From the NCBI GenBank assembly GCA_028534125.1, contig CM052817.1:85748001-85812000 (forward strand): a stretch of 64,000 nt of DNA, written 5' to 3'. Below, one piece after another: positions 1 through 13,688 of the stretch. Position 1 is the stretch's first letter; every line of letters starts with the position of its first letter. The stretch comes from Lama glama (Eukaryota). Under the pieces are notes generated by a model. That model had not been told where the DNA came from and ran no database searches. It saw only the letters and a list, made by a program, of their open reading frames with translations. The translations under genes and the position numbers were made by a program.

Positions 1-1016
1 CTCTTGGAGTATAAAAAGATTTAGAAAAAAGGACTCAAATGATAATTATCAAAACACAAAACACTTCATTAAGTACATAAAAATAATAAAAATTTTTAAA
101 CGATGAAATCTGTGAAGTGATGATGGAGAAAAGGAGAAAAGGTTTATCTCCTTAACTAAGTATGTATTATAGAAGAATAATAAAAATGTTAAGACCTGGG
201 AAATTATTTTCATCTCTTATTGTAATCGCTTGACTTCTGTAGTCCTGCTGGCAATATAAATGTTGATGTTTGAATCCATGTGGGTTATAAAAAGCATCAC
301 TAAAAGGTCATTATCATTTTTAGTTTTCGTACCATGTTTAATATCTCATTGATAGATAATGATACAACTGTTGACTTATTTGCCTAAAAATTTGTAATCA
401 CTATTAAAATGTTGGCTGTCTATACCCCTGAAATACAAAACTCTCAGTTATACAATTTAAGTGTAGATAATATTATTGACAAAATAAATATCTGAATCTT
501 ATTATATAAAAATTTAGGTAAAATATGGTTTCCACAAATTCATCAACACATTTTATCAACCATAAAAATTTAAATAAGCAATATTGTTAAGGTATATAAA
601 AATTAAAATAGTTACTCTTTTAACCACTTAGTATTGAAAATCTCAAGTTTACAAACAGCAACATAGTGTGTGAGCAAAGGCTTCAGAATTATTGGTACAT
701 TTAGGACAATTAAGATGTACAATGAATATGCAAGGGTTTTATCTCATTGATAGATGAAACCAAAACCGTGCCACTTCATTAATCACATTCCTGTCCAAAT
801 GCTCACTTCAAAACAGTCAATTATATTTGTCTATTAATATCTTTCTGTATCTGGAGAGTGAGTGAGAAAGAGAAAAAGACAGACAGAGACAGAGAGAATC
901 AAAACTATATCAGTTTAAGAAATGTTACAAACAAAACACTAGGTATATAATCTTGGTGAGTAAGACACAATGTGTGGAGCTTATATTCTATACGTAAATA
1001 TGTATATAATCTAGAA

Positions 1017-1875
1017 TTTTTTTTTCATCTTTTTTATTGAAGGATAGTTGATTTACAATGTTGTGTTAGTTTCAGGTGTATAGCAAAATAATTCAATTAT
1101 GCATGTACATGTATATATTCCTTTTCAAATTCCTTTCCATTATAGGTTATAGCAAGATATTGAATATAGTTTCCTGTGCTATACAGTAGGACCTTGTTGT
1201 TTGGTGTGTAGGTTTATTTCTAGGCTCTCTATACTATTCTATTGATCTGTTTTGTTTCAGTACCACCCTACTTTGATTACTGTAGCTTTGTAGTATTGTC
1301 TGAAGTCTGGGAAGTCATACCTTCAGCTTTGTTCTTTTTCGTCAGATTGCTGTGGCAATTCTGGGTCTTTTGTAATTCTATACAAATTTTAGGATTATTT
1401 GTTCTAGTTCTGTGAAAAATGTCATGGGTAATTTGATACAGATCATATTAAATCTGCAGATTGCTTTGGGTAGTATGGTCATTTTAACAGTATTACTTCT
1501 TCCAATCCAAGAGAATGGAATATCTTTCCATTTCTTTATATCATCTCCAGTGTCCCTTGTCAATGTTTTATAGTTCTCAATGTATAAGTTCTTTACCTCC
1601 TTGGTCAGGCTTATTCCTAAGTCTTTTTGTTGTTTTGTTTTGTTCTTTAATGTGATTTAAAGAGATTATTTTTTTACTTTCCGTTTCTGATAACTAATTG
1701 TTCGAGTAAAGAAACGCAACAGATTTCTGTAAGTTAGTCTTGTGTCCTACTACCTTGCTAAATTCATTTATCAGTTCTAATAGTTTTTGTGTGGCGTCTT
1801 AAGGGTTTTCATCATGTAGTATCATGTCATCTTGCATAATAACAATTTTACTTCTTCCTTTCCAGTTTGGATACT
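1017..1875 (-). mobile_element. LINE-1 fragment: 3' end joined directly to an ORF2 (RT/post-RT) segment
   Basis: T-rich tail, then the L1 3'-UTR end (ttgaaggatagttgatttacaatgttgtgttagtttcagg). ORF 1378-1563(-) reads [29 protein letters not shown], a typical L1 ORF2p motif. Confidence 0.92.
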
Positions 1876-2404
1876 TTAAAATAAAACTAGTTTTTAATCA
1901 TAGGCTCTATTCCAAACATTGCTGAACATCATGAGTTCTGACTGGGTATTTTTATTTTTCAGATTTCTGCTATACAGGACCTAATTTCTGGGCCTCTTTG
2001 AAATCCCTTGGGTTCATCTGTTCTCTGGGCCCCGGCAGCTTGCTAAGCAGAGAGTCTAGTGACCTACTTTATCTTCTAGTTCTTTGATACTCCTGCATCA
2101 GCCTTCCTTCCCAGGTGGTGCACTTTTCATCCATGGGGGGGATCCTTAGAAACGCCAGTGCAAAAAAAGGGCTCTAAATTAACTCACAGTTTGTGACTTT
2201 CCCAGTGGCAGTCTGCATGGGCTATGAAACAACCAAGAAGTGTGTGTTAACAATATGAGAGAATAACTTTGACCAGGAATAAAAGGCAGGAGATCAAAAG
2301 GAGCCAGCAGAAAGAAGGCTTGGCTCTTTTTGTTTACATGCCATCCTGTCACAGCAGGGAACTGCTTTCTATTTGGAAGTCAGTGTGTGACATTCTGCTG
2401 AGTC

Positions 2405-3577
2405 TTTTTAGAGAATGATCATTGGATCATGAAACAACATGTGACTGTACGAACCTAGCTTCCAATGATGAATTGGATGCCTTAAGAACCTGTGACACAT
2501 GAAATCAAGTGGAAATAGCCAAAATCCATTATACAATGTAAGTGATATCTCCATCTTGAGTAAGTCCAGAAGTCATGAGAAAATTGCATGAGCAGATGAC
2601 CCAGACCCCACATAACATACCTCCATTGTATTGATGCCTCTTGGGGCTTCTTAGCTGATGAAGAGGGAAAAGATTCAGGTAAAGTTTTCAGACTATTAAG
2701 TGTAATATGTTGGTTCTAGCTGCAAAAAGAGTGCTGTGGCATAATAACCCCACTCATAGAGAGGCACAAAGGACGGAGATAAAAGAAATCATTTGGCTGG
2801 GCAGATCCATTAGCATTATCCCTGGACATCCACTTCGTGTGAGGAAAGACTAAGTTACAGATTTTCACCGATATTCCCTGACTTCTAGATGTTAGCAAAC
2901 AGCAGCAGAGACTGACTAAGAACTCTGACTCAGAACTACTGTTTCTAGAGAACACAACATCATATCCTGATAGCAGCAGTAAGTTATATTGAACCCCTTT
3001 CACCATAAAGGAGGCAGCAAATTGTCTTTACTGAGATACAAATATACATACATACATATCTCCAATGACTATGGGTTTGACTCACCTATCGCCATATCGA
3101 AGGCTTACGGAATGCCTCATCTGTTGATGTGTTGCCCCATGCAATATTATCACACATTGAAGAATCATTTTTGTAGCCCCCAAAATTGCAGTTAATGAGC
3201 TCCTAACTATGCAGTTCTTGAGTCTTACATGATTCTTGAGTCTCACCATATGACTCATTATCAAATTTTGTCTAAAATAAAGAATAGAATATTTGGAAGG
3301 TTTAGCTAAGATGACAGACGGGGATATTGACTTGACTAATTGTAACACTGACCTTTTGGAATACATGAATTTAAAAATCAAAGCATAAAAGTAGAATTTT
3401 TTTTCCCTCTCTCCACTACTATGAATGAGTGACCTGAAAATTTTACTCTTTCCATCTTAATACCCTAGATTATGACAGGTAATACATCCTTATTCTTAAC
3501 AGGGAAATACTTTCATGAAGTGACATCCTAGTGGGAATAGGAAAGATTTCATTGAAGTAGAGGTTGAGGCTCACCTG
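2405..3577 (+). mobile_element. ERVL-class internal fossil (pol connection/RNase H, integrase, start of dUTPase), heavily degraded
   Basis: Hand translation gives QHVTVRT*LPMMNWM (~HQVTMRPELPIMNWV) near 2440, KLHEQMTQTP near 2580, RQQIVFTEI...YGFD (~GQRFVLTGIDTYSGYGFA) at 3010-3080, LTECLIC near 3105 and a decayed dUTPase start at 3430-3577. Many stops and frameshifts. Confidence 0.8.
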
Positions 3578-3919
3578 AAACTCAGTGCTATCCTTGGCCT
3601 TACTGCCGATTACTGGCCCTGGAAATTGGCTTTTATTACAAACCTAGCAGGGCAAACAAGAACTGGAAATACCAAAAGTGGTATATCCTCAGCCAATTCA
3701 AATTCAAAGTCTCTGTTGAAGTTCACTGTTAGTCTAGTCTATCATAACTATATCTTGATATATTCAACTCTTTAGGAAAAAATAGCAAAGTTTATCACCA
3801 TCAAAATGCCCTATCTAAAGTGGTGGGTAAACAAACATATAAAGAAATTCAAGTTTTATATGCATGGGTATTTGCATTAGACTAAAAACTAATATGAATG
3901 AGAGGGTATGTTATAATTC

Positions 3920-4975
3920 TTATCTCCATAATTGGTTGCCAAGTTAGTGTTTGTAACTCCCTCCTCAAAAATCATTTCCATGTTCACTTTGTCTGTGGTT
4001 AGCACTTCAGCTTGTCTTTCACTTTCCAGTTGAAAATGAAACTTTATTTTCGAAGAATCTGAATCATTTGATTCTACCTGTATTCGAACATTAACTTTTT
4101 TCCTTGGCCAAAAAGAGGCTTTTTATTAAATAGACTGTTTCATCTAATCTTCTCTCTGGCATTATCTGGGAGCAACAACTCTATTTACTTTCAAAGTCAG
4201 GAATAAATATTTTACCAAAATAGTAACTTCTTTATCTACCTGTTAACCTACTGGCATGAGGAGCCTGAACTTGCTGGTGGGCAGCCTCTGTATCATATTA
4301 AATGGAATGGTGATTGCATTTCTAGAGAAAGGTTTCCATAAATATATATTTTTCTTATAAGAAATAAGGATTCTTTCCGTGGTTAAAGTTTTGTAATAGC
4401 TTCCTATCTTCAAATATCCAAATGGCACTGGCTTTTCCAATTATGTGTGCATGTGTGTGTGTGTTGTTGTTGTTGTCATTTTGGGGTTTTGTTTATTTGA
4501 GCTTAATTTTCAATTATAACTCAAATAATATTTATACATTAAAATGACTAATAGCCACTTAAATTTCTTGTAAGGTTACCTATCTATCTGTCTATGTATC
4601 TATCTATCAATCATTTATCTCTTCCTATCTCTCCTGGTGGGTTAGGAATTTTGACTTGTTGTAATGTACCCCATCTTTTGTCTGTGAGAAAAGTAGCACC
4701 ATTGATTTGTTGCTAGTTTATGGTATTTCTCATTCTTTATGACATTGCTATACATTGTTTCCACATTTTCACTGCAACTTTGTGAAATATAACCATTCTG
4801 ACAGTTTTTCATTCTACCTCTATGTAATGGGGACTACAGTAAGACCACTAAATCAGTGGGTATCAGCCTATTACCTTACTTTTGACTTTAAAATAAATGT
4901 ATTGGTTGGAAGTAATGCTGTGTAGGATATCATAAAATGGTGAATGTCCACAGATGGCAGCCCTGACAGAAGCCT
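3920..4975 (-). mobile_element. Second ERVL-class internal fossil (integrase to dUTPase) on the opposite strand
   Basis: Minus-strand translation gives DILHSITSNQ (~GIPHSIASDQ) and WSYCSPHY (~WSYHVPHH) at 4820-4930. ORF 4243-4440(-) ends TIPFNMIQRLPTSKFRLLMP (~MIPLNWKLRLPPGHFGLLMP). C-terminal-like sequence at 3930-4015. Confidence 0.78.
4444..4630. repeat. Microsatellite cluster: (TG)n, (TTG)n and degenerate (TATC)n
   Basis: tgtgtgtgtgtgttgttgttgttg at ~4452-4475 and ctatctatctgtctatgtatctatctatc at ~4580-4608. Confidence 0.85.
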
Positions 4976-4984
4976 AGTCGATAC

Positions 4985-5330
4985 ATACGTGTCTTGCCCA
5001 TGGCAAGAATACAGGTAAAAGTCCATATGCTATAGGTCTAAATGGTTAGAAGTGCCAAGTCAAGTTAAATGGCATACAGCCTTCTTCCTGACAAATATGC
5101 CTTCATAACAAAACCTGGAAGGCTAAGTTTGAATGTAAAACTCTTTACTTCCTTGGAGTTCCATGTCAGAGCTCATTGGCACAGGGAGAGGTAATTCTTA
5201 GGCCCTATTACCAGGACTCCAATCTGCAGAACACCTTATTTCTCTTTATTGGCTTGTTTATCTTTATCCTCATTTTTGTACTGCTAGTGGCCATACCATG
5301 CACACATGTTGACAACCCAATTCAGTTCAA
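4985..5330 (+). mobile_element. Ancient hAT-like DNA transposon fragment (MER115/Tip100-like, tentative)
   Basis: gacaaatatgccttcataacaaaacctggaaggctaagtttgaat...ccttggagttcc resembles a recalled eutherian hAT-Tip100 non-autonomous consensus. Family name uncertain. Confidence 0.45.
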
Positions 5331-7379
5331 CTAATCAATGAAAATGAATAGCTGAAGAAAACTAATACATTCAGAATTGGTTATATGTCTCACTGGCTTC
5401 AGCAAATTTAATGTTTAGCAAATTGACCTCAATAAATCTGGATTTATTTCTCAGCACTTAAGAGCTAGTTGGACAGGTTGTACATGATAACTATTCCTCA
5501 AAAAACACTTCTTTTCTGAACTTTTTGAATTATTCCTTCTCATAAATAATAAACAACTTCTGACCTCAGAGCATCATATAGCTTGGTCCACCAGTGACTG
5601 AAGATTTAGCTGTTTCTAAAAGTGTATTCTTTCCTCCCTCTCAGAATTCTAAGAATGCATTCATATTCTTATTACCAAGAGTTTTTATGACTCTATGTTA
5701 GTTAATTATTAGTATTTTTTGAGTAGTCTTCTCCTTCCTGGTTTCATTTTCATATCATTTTTACCACCACCCTCCCCACACACACGTTGGTATGGACACA
5801 GCTCATCTGAGTAGGCGTAGGTGTAGTGAGGAACGGTTGTGAGTGCAGGGGGAGAACTGAGTTCATCTTACAAGACAGGATGGATTATCTATTATCCTCA
5901 GGAAGGATTATCTATTATCATCTCTTCCTTTCTACCTTAGCTTTTGGCCCTCTCCAAGCAAGAAAATAACTTCATCATAATAAGAGAGAGGGAGGTTCAG
6001 TAGGAGTTGGTGGGGTTTTGTTTTTTTCTTTTTTTTTAATTTTAAACCTTTATACCCTCTCTGTTACAATTTTCAGGGTCCCACTCTTTCTATAAAAATG
6101 GACAGGAGAGTCTGTGAGTTTTTAGGCTGTATCTTGAATATTAGGATACAATACCTCTAGGGATACTTACTTCCTGTTCTATTCTTTAATGATGTACAGA
6201 ACTATTAACAATAGCTAATCCAACTCAAGTTACTATATTTTTTCTTGTTCTTCATACCATTTCAGGGTATCAGCCATTCTAATATTTAAGCTTAGTTCTC
6301 AATGAGGACTTCATTCCAGGTGACAGTAGTGAAAAAGGAATTAATCATTTTCCACTTCGTGTCACAGCTGCTAGATTCCTTAGCAATAGGTGGATTTCCC
6401 ACGTAGCCTCAGCAAAGCCAGATAACCACTCCCAAACTTTCCCACCCTCTTCTCTCAGCCCCCTCCATTTTGTTCTCTTGATAGTGATTCCTGAATTAAT
6501 CTTTCTTAGTCCCAAATAATAGAAATCTACCATTGTCTATTTAAGCAGAAATGGAATTTAAACAAAATTTTAGATTAATAAATTAGCAAAAAAAAAAAAA
6601 AAAGCCTAGAGAACCAGACTCAGAAAATCTTCAAAGGAAGAAGTTAACCAGTCAGAACAACAGAAATCTGGCCACATTCAACACTACCAGCAAAATCGTG
6701 CCCAGAGAACTTACCCATTGAGAAGCTGGCTCTTAGTTTTCAGAGCATCAGATACCAAATCTTATTTCCAGGCGCTAGATCTTAATGACATGTTATCTTT
6801 GCTCTCAGTGCTCTTCTGATGTCCCTCTACTTGCTGCCAGCATACCTTCCTGAGGAAGGATCTCCCATCATTCCAGCATTTTTTTGCCAAATTAGCTGTT
6901 CATTACAAGATGAGAGTGGTTGTGCCTGTTGAACAAAAGTCTGTATCAATAAGCCTGGCCAAGTGACTCCTTAGAATTACCAGTTTCCAGAATAGGGCTG
7001 TAGTCCCTGGCTCTCATGACATTTCATATGGTGGGAAAAATCATGGATTATATAACGTTGATTGCACGGTAAGAAATCAAAAGATGTTGAATATCTACTA
7101 CATTCTACCCACCCAGCTGCTCAACACCAGCATGGTATTACAAATAGAAAATGATGCTTCTGAGCACAGAAAGACTATCTTCTTATATAATCATTTGCTT
7201 ATAATAAATAAAATCCATCCATTCCCTCTGTTAATGTGCTTTACTCCTTCCTGCCCCAGGGCAGAGGCAGAACTTATTTCCTGTTACTGAAATGACACCT
7301 CAGTTGTAGCTTAACAATATCTACCAGAAAGTCCTCCCTGAAGCTCCATCCTAGAGCAGGACAACCTGGTACATCTGTT

Positions 7380-7590
7380 CATAGCATTTGTACTTCTCCT
7401 TCATGGTGGCTATAACATCAGTTAAACAAGGAATCTTGTCACCACTCATTTTACATATATCTTACTTGCTAGAATGTAATCTCCAGCCTGTGTTGATTTT
7501 GTTCAGATATCATCCAAATTTCTAATGCTACAGTGACAATTTACACATAAGAGTAGTTAATTTTTTTTTCCCAATGACTAAACAAAAGGG
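7380..7590 (+). mobile_element. L2 3'-end remnant
   Basis: ctagaatgtaatctcc...ttttgttca...cacataagagtagtt resembles the L2 3' terminus. Confidence 0.5.
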
Positions 7591-9599
7591 AATGAAGGTG
7601 TACCCCTTATCAGGGCTAGACTTCTACCTAAGGTCTCTTGGACAATTTTGGATGATTTTACCCAAGGATTTGCTACAGAATATATAGTTTGACAGAGTCC
7701 ACTTTTTACTCCAGCAATGAGAAATAATATTAGAATGATAGATTAAGGATCCAGGGCTCCAAATTGTGACAAAAGAATACAGTTTTTGAAGCGATGGAGG
7801 GAACTTTGGAATCTAGCAACAACTAAAGAGAGATAAGTTATGACACTTCTACCAAAAGATGCTTATTTCAAATATTCTACATGTTATAGAATAAAAAATT
7901 ATTTAAATACATTTTTGAGAAATAAAGGAATATTTTATGATATGGAATTTAAGATCCATATTGGGACTGTAATGAAAATTTTCAAGTGAAAGGCAGTATT
8001 CTTTCTGGTTGAGGCTGGAATAGAGCTGAGGGCTAAAGTTTTCATGTTTCCACACATTCTCCAACCCCTAAGAGAATCGTGCTACTCTGAAGACTATTGA
8101 AAAAATAAACAAACAAAAAAAACTTTCTTTCAATAAACATCACAAATAATAAATCAGATATGTCTTAACATTAAGTGTTCTATATTTTACTTTGGTCTAA
8201 AAGAAAGAGATATCTTGTCAGCATTTATCTCAGTGTGATTCTGTGGGTAAATAAAATAGGAAATTCTAGATACTAAAAAATTAAAATCCAGTTGCCAAGT
8301 TCCTGAGAGTATTTCATTCATAATTCTTGATGGATTTTTTCAGAATCATTATTTGTAATGCTAATAGATTCATTAATAATTTTGTTCTTTCATAAAATAT
8401 CAGATTTAAATAAATAATGCTATTATTTGAAAGAAAGTGACAGGGAATAAACTTGATCCTCTCTATTATTTTCCTTAGATGATAGGCAATATGAATTTTC
8501 TTTATAAAACAATACAAGTTCAAATTCTCTGAGAATATACTGCAGTATGCATAATGGAAAGGTAAAAGTGTGCAGTGAAGTGAGATATTAATTTAACATG
8601 ATTAAATTTTTAATGAAACTTTGTCACAAACCACCAACCACCAACTACAATATTTTAATATAAAAAGGATCTAACACCCACTGCACAATTGATCCTGGAT
8701 CATTACGTTTTAATTAATTAATTAATTAACTTCTTCAACAATATAATTTGATTCTATAGTCAGGCATCATTTTCTCCTAAACTCCTGCATACAAATGAAT
8801 TCCTCATTTAAAATATTAGGGGGGAATCTAGAAATAGAAATTATCTCTCTAATAAAAATAATAAACTCAAATTAAGTTTGATAGTTTTCTTGTAAATTTG
8901 ACAAACACTAAGTGCATCAGATAAAATTTTTAGGTTTTTAATGAAAACCCTTTAATAGTGTTTAATTCAGTTAAACCTAATATCTAAATACTTGGCCATG
9001 AGCACATTTTAATTATATTTTGTGTCTCCTTGAAGATCAATCTGGATTCATTACAATTTTCTTACATTTCCCCCCTCTTATTGTATACTCCTATATTTAT
9101 AATTTTGCAGACTATGATTTTGAAATGATTCTTTGTAAATTTAGAGGAGAATTATACATTTTGATAAAACCTGCTGTCATATCTTACAAGTTCTAATGAT
9201 GTATTGAAGGTCAGCACTGATGTCAGTTCAAAGATAAATTCTCCAAAATTTCTAAAGCAATTTTACTGCCATATAACGATTTGAGATAATCTTTGTAAAT
9301 ATCTGTAATGATTCTATGGTCCTATAATATCTGGGCTTCAACAGATGTTACTAACTCTAGCTCTTAGAATACATTTTCTATCTGCGTTTTGGATTCAATA
9401 TCTCCTGCCTTCTTATGAATTTTATACTGTTTCACTCTTTCTTTCTTTCCCTCTCTCCTTCCCTTCCTCCATTCCTCCCAGTCCCTACCTTTCTCTTTTT
9501 TCTCTTTTCTGGTTAATTTCTCCTAGTAAACTGGATCCATTCCATAGGTTTTAACATATCCAAGCTCTAACCAATCAATTTTAACATTTAAAACTCAAC

Positions 9600-10620
9600 C
9601 CTGGCACATTATAGTTACTTCTTTCTCTCTTTTCACAGATGAACTTTTGGGAAGATACGTCTTCATTTTCTCAGTTTCTATTTTCTCCCCATATAATTCA
9701 GGTCTGTCTGTCATTTAAATGTTCCCATTAAACCAGTTCTTATTATGGTTACAATAGTCTCCAAAATAGCCAACAAATATTTTTTTCCAGTACTTACATC
9801 ATTTGACTACTTATTCACACTTGAAATCACTCCCTGTTCCTTAAAATGCCTCCTTCCTCTGGTTTCTGAACACAGTTTTCTGGCTTTCCTCCTGTCTCTC
9901 TGCTTGTGCCAAATTGGTAATACCTGTTTTTATTTGGTGAGCATATTTTCATCAGCTGCCCACTAGTAGTCACTGTGACTCAGTGTTTGGTCACAGGCTT
10001 CTTCATGCTATATTCTCTCTAGGTTATTCTACCCAGGCTAATGATTCAACTGCTCACAAGGCTCACAACTTATATATTCAATTAGGACATCTCTCTGACT
10101 TCTAGACTCAAGTTTTAAAATACGTTTGTTTCAAAGAATCCTAAAACTCAAAGAATTCAAACTTCTTGATTTGATAAATGTTATCATCCATCCACTTAAA
10201 TAAACCAACATCTCAGAAGTCATCTTTGACACTTCTCTTTTCTCAAATGCGTATAGTTAATTCACAATTTAAGCCTATTGATTTTATCTTGTTTCAATCT
10301 ACATTAGCTTCAAAGTGGGTCAACTTCATATCTAATATTGCTCAATTGAAATATATTTTCACTGCATCTGGAATGAATGCTCATCTAAGCAAAATCATAC
10401 ATTCCACTACTACATAAAAATGGAGTTTCCACTCCATTGCTTAAAATATGTCAACAGAATTTAATAAAGTCTTATTCGTATTTGTAATATTATTTATTGA
10501 TATCTGTTTCTATTATTTTAATAAAACTTACCAAAGGCAAGGCCCAAATAATTTTGAGTCATTCCTTTATTGCCAGAAATTACTAGGAACTAATTAAACA
10601 TTTTTTTGAAATAATAAATA
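9600..10620 (+). mobile_element. L2 LINE fragment
   Basis: Pyrimidine-rich decayed L2 motifs (ctctggtttctgaacacagttttctggctttcctcc; tctctctgacttctagactc), ending in an L2-like tail near 10540-10620. Confidence 0.6.
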
Positions 10621-13206
10621 AACTATCACATTGTGTTCTCCCTCTAAATGAATTAAAATAATTTATTTTCCCCTCTAATTGTTTCCTTAAATATAGAATA
10701 ATTGTCGCATGGTTAAAAGAGTGATACAGACCTGTGTAGAGATTATCCACTTGTTTCATTGTGGTAAATCAAGTAATAATTGGTTATTATATCATTCCTA
10801 AATCATATAATCAATAGATTTAAATTAAGGGTTACCAGTTAATATGAACTATTTGCTATTCACTTACTTAAAAAAAAAACTCAAGTAAAATCAGTATAAA
10901 TTACATTTATTACTCTGACAGAGCTGGAGAACTGTTTTGTGTTTCTAACTATAAGAAATGTCATTGATGGTCCAAAACATTACAATACCTCTGTTAAATT
11001 TCCATTTAAAACATAAACTGACAAAATTTCGTTTTAAACTAAATTTTCACAGCTTCAATAAAAATTAGTAAAGAATCACCTTACAGTTATTTTAAATAAT
11101 TTAGTTTAATGAGTTAAAATATACCTGCACTGTTATCTCACTGAGTATTTTCCCAGGCCATGTGAGGATTATTGAAAATATTTTCTCAGTTTTATGGAAA
11201 GTTAGAACCTTTGATCATATTCTATGGTTTTTATTTTGATTTCTGATTTTTTTTAATTCTCTTGGAACATTTACTCATTATTATCTCTGTTTTCTCAAAT
11301 TTTGATTTATTATTTGGCATGATACAAGATGCCCACAAATATGAATTTTAAGAAAAATAACCTATGATTATATATGATATACTCAATACAGAAGTATTTA
11401 TAGATGGTATAGCAAAAATTAATATAGGGCAATATATTTAAATGTCTTAAACTTTTCTCCAAATTTTGTATGGACTAACTTCAATGATGATCTTGTGTTT
11501 AATAAATATTTTATTACATTTCAAGGACCCTGAGAATAAGTTTAAACCTCAGAACACCATTTTGGGCAGTTGTGATAATATTAAGATAGATAGGGTGAAA
11601 TTTGGATACACTACATAATTTGCCAGAAATCATAGAAACTGAATGTCAGTGTAGATATTTTAAAATGTATCTATTAAACCCTGCAGTTTATGTATTTGAA
11701 GACAACTACATACTTTCTGCATTATTAAAATTAAAGAATACCAGTAGTTTGCTAATTCATTCATCTCATTATCCTAATGGCTCAAATTGAAATAATTATT
11801 AAATTGAAATAAGAATTGTGATCATGACAGTTTTTCATTTTGCATTTTTCCAGAATATTACAGGTAGCTCATTTTATTTGGAATAAATTCAATTACAGTG
11901 TTTATTTATACCTCTTGTTCTGAGTACAAAGAAAAAGCCAAACATGGTTACATCATGGAAAGTGTCAAAAGGTTGGTAAAAGGGATATTTTGAGATATTT
12001 GGGGTATTTAAATGCACAGCTGAATAAAAGATTCTTATAAATCTTTAGCTATAAGCACAACATACTCAAAGTCATAATCATTGATGACAGCAAAAGCAAG
12101 TTCATAGAGAATTGCCCTGATAATAGCTGGGCTCAGAGAAATACATTAATGTGCAAAGAATGTCTATAGATAGGGTGAAATGAAGAGAAGTCAGTGGGAA
12201 AAAAACACATTTATAATATACTATGCAGAATCACTAAAGCAATAGCTTTGGAAACCTCATGTCAGAAAATCTTGTGGGTCTGAATTCAATCCAAACTTGT
12301 CAAAAATATTGATGAAAAAATGTGTCTTTATATTTAAGTAAACATGAATTTAACACCCTGCTCCTAAATTCAATTTTTCCCATAAGAAGGGTTAAGTTGT
12401 TCCTTACATTGCATTGTTTAGGCATGGAGATTTAATTAAGACACTGATGATGCCAACAAAATTACTTTTTCACTGAAGCACTGAAACAACTATTGACAAA
12501 TAACAAGTGTATCAAAGATTATAATCATGTTTCTGCAAATTGCTGTTATAGCTATTTTCAATAAATAATTAGTTTCAATAAACCTAGTATTTTTTTTTTG
12601 ACACAGGTTTGATCACAGCCATTATCAATATTCAAACTATAGTCTGTTTCTAAAACAGGATCTGAGTATGTGTTGAACTTTTCAATCTATTCTACTATGT
12701 TACTTTACTTTATCCAAGTCATGTCTAAAGTTAGGCATACTTAAAGATTGTATCTACGAAATGGAATCAGAAAATAGAATTAATTTCGTCCTTCCAAAAA
12801 AATTCATGTCAAAAGACATGCACAGATAAGTATGCACATAATACATGTTGGAGAGGGACACTTGACAAGTCTGAATGGTTTCTGAAGTTTTTCTTAATAG
12901 AAATATTCTTGCTTGTTTGCAAAGGCATATTTTCCTCTTCAACTTTAAATAAATAGTCTAAAATTAGTCATAGTCTTAGTTCCTTGCTCTGGATTATTTA
13001 AAACTCTTAAGTTGAAAGTTAAATGAATCCATGTTGCAGACAGCCATATCCATATTGTCTTGAAATGCACTTTATTATGATTTGCTATAACTCACAAAAT
13101 TACTAAACCATATTACTATCTAGCAAATTCATGACGATTTCTGAAGTGTAGCAATATAACAAATAAAGAGAAATGGTTCATGTATTAAATTTTAATATTT
13201 TGTCCT

Positions 13207-13688
13207 GATATTATTCAGGCATAAAAAAGAAGGAAATCCTGCCATTTGCAATAACATGGATGGATCTTGAGGGCATAATACTAAGTGAAATAAATCAGAG
13301 AAAGACAAATACTGTATGATCTCACTTACATGTAGAATCTTAAAAAAATGAAGTCAAACAGAGAACAGATTTGTAGTTGCCAGAAGCAGGGGGTTGGGGA
13401 AGTGGGAGAAATAGGTGGTCAAGAGGTACAAAATTCTAGTTATAAGAATTTTACTAGAATGTGATGTAAAGCATGGGGATTAGAGTTAATAATACTGTAT
13501 TGTATGTATATTTGAAAGTTACTAACAGAGTAGATCATAAATGTCTCATCACAAGAAAAAAGGTAATTATGTGAGGTGATGGACGTTACCTAAACATTGT
13601 GGTAACCATATATACATATATCAAATCATTGTATACCTTAAATTAAAATGTTATATGACAATTATATCTCAATAATGCTGGACAAAAA
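13207..13688 (+). mobile_element. 5'-truncated LINE-1 3' end (older L1MA/L1MB-like)
   Basis: aaaaagaaggaaatcctgccatttgcaataacatggatggatcttgagggc...caattatatctcaataa. Imperfect flanking repeat aatattttg(t/g) at ~13194 and ~13687. Confidence 0.92.

Noticed and set aside
12444..12485. TGATGA...CTGA, resembling a box C/D snoRNA
   Set aside because: Too short and lacks a terminal stem.
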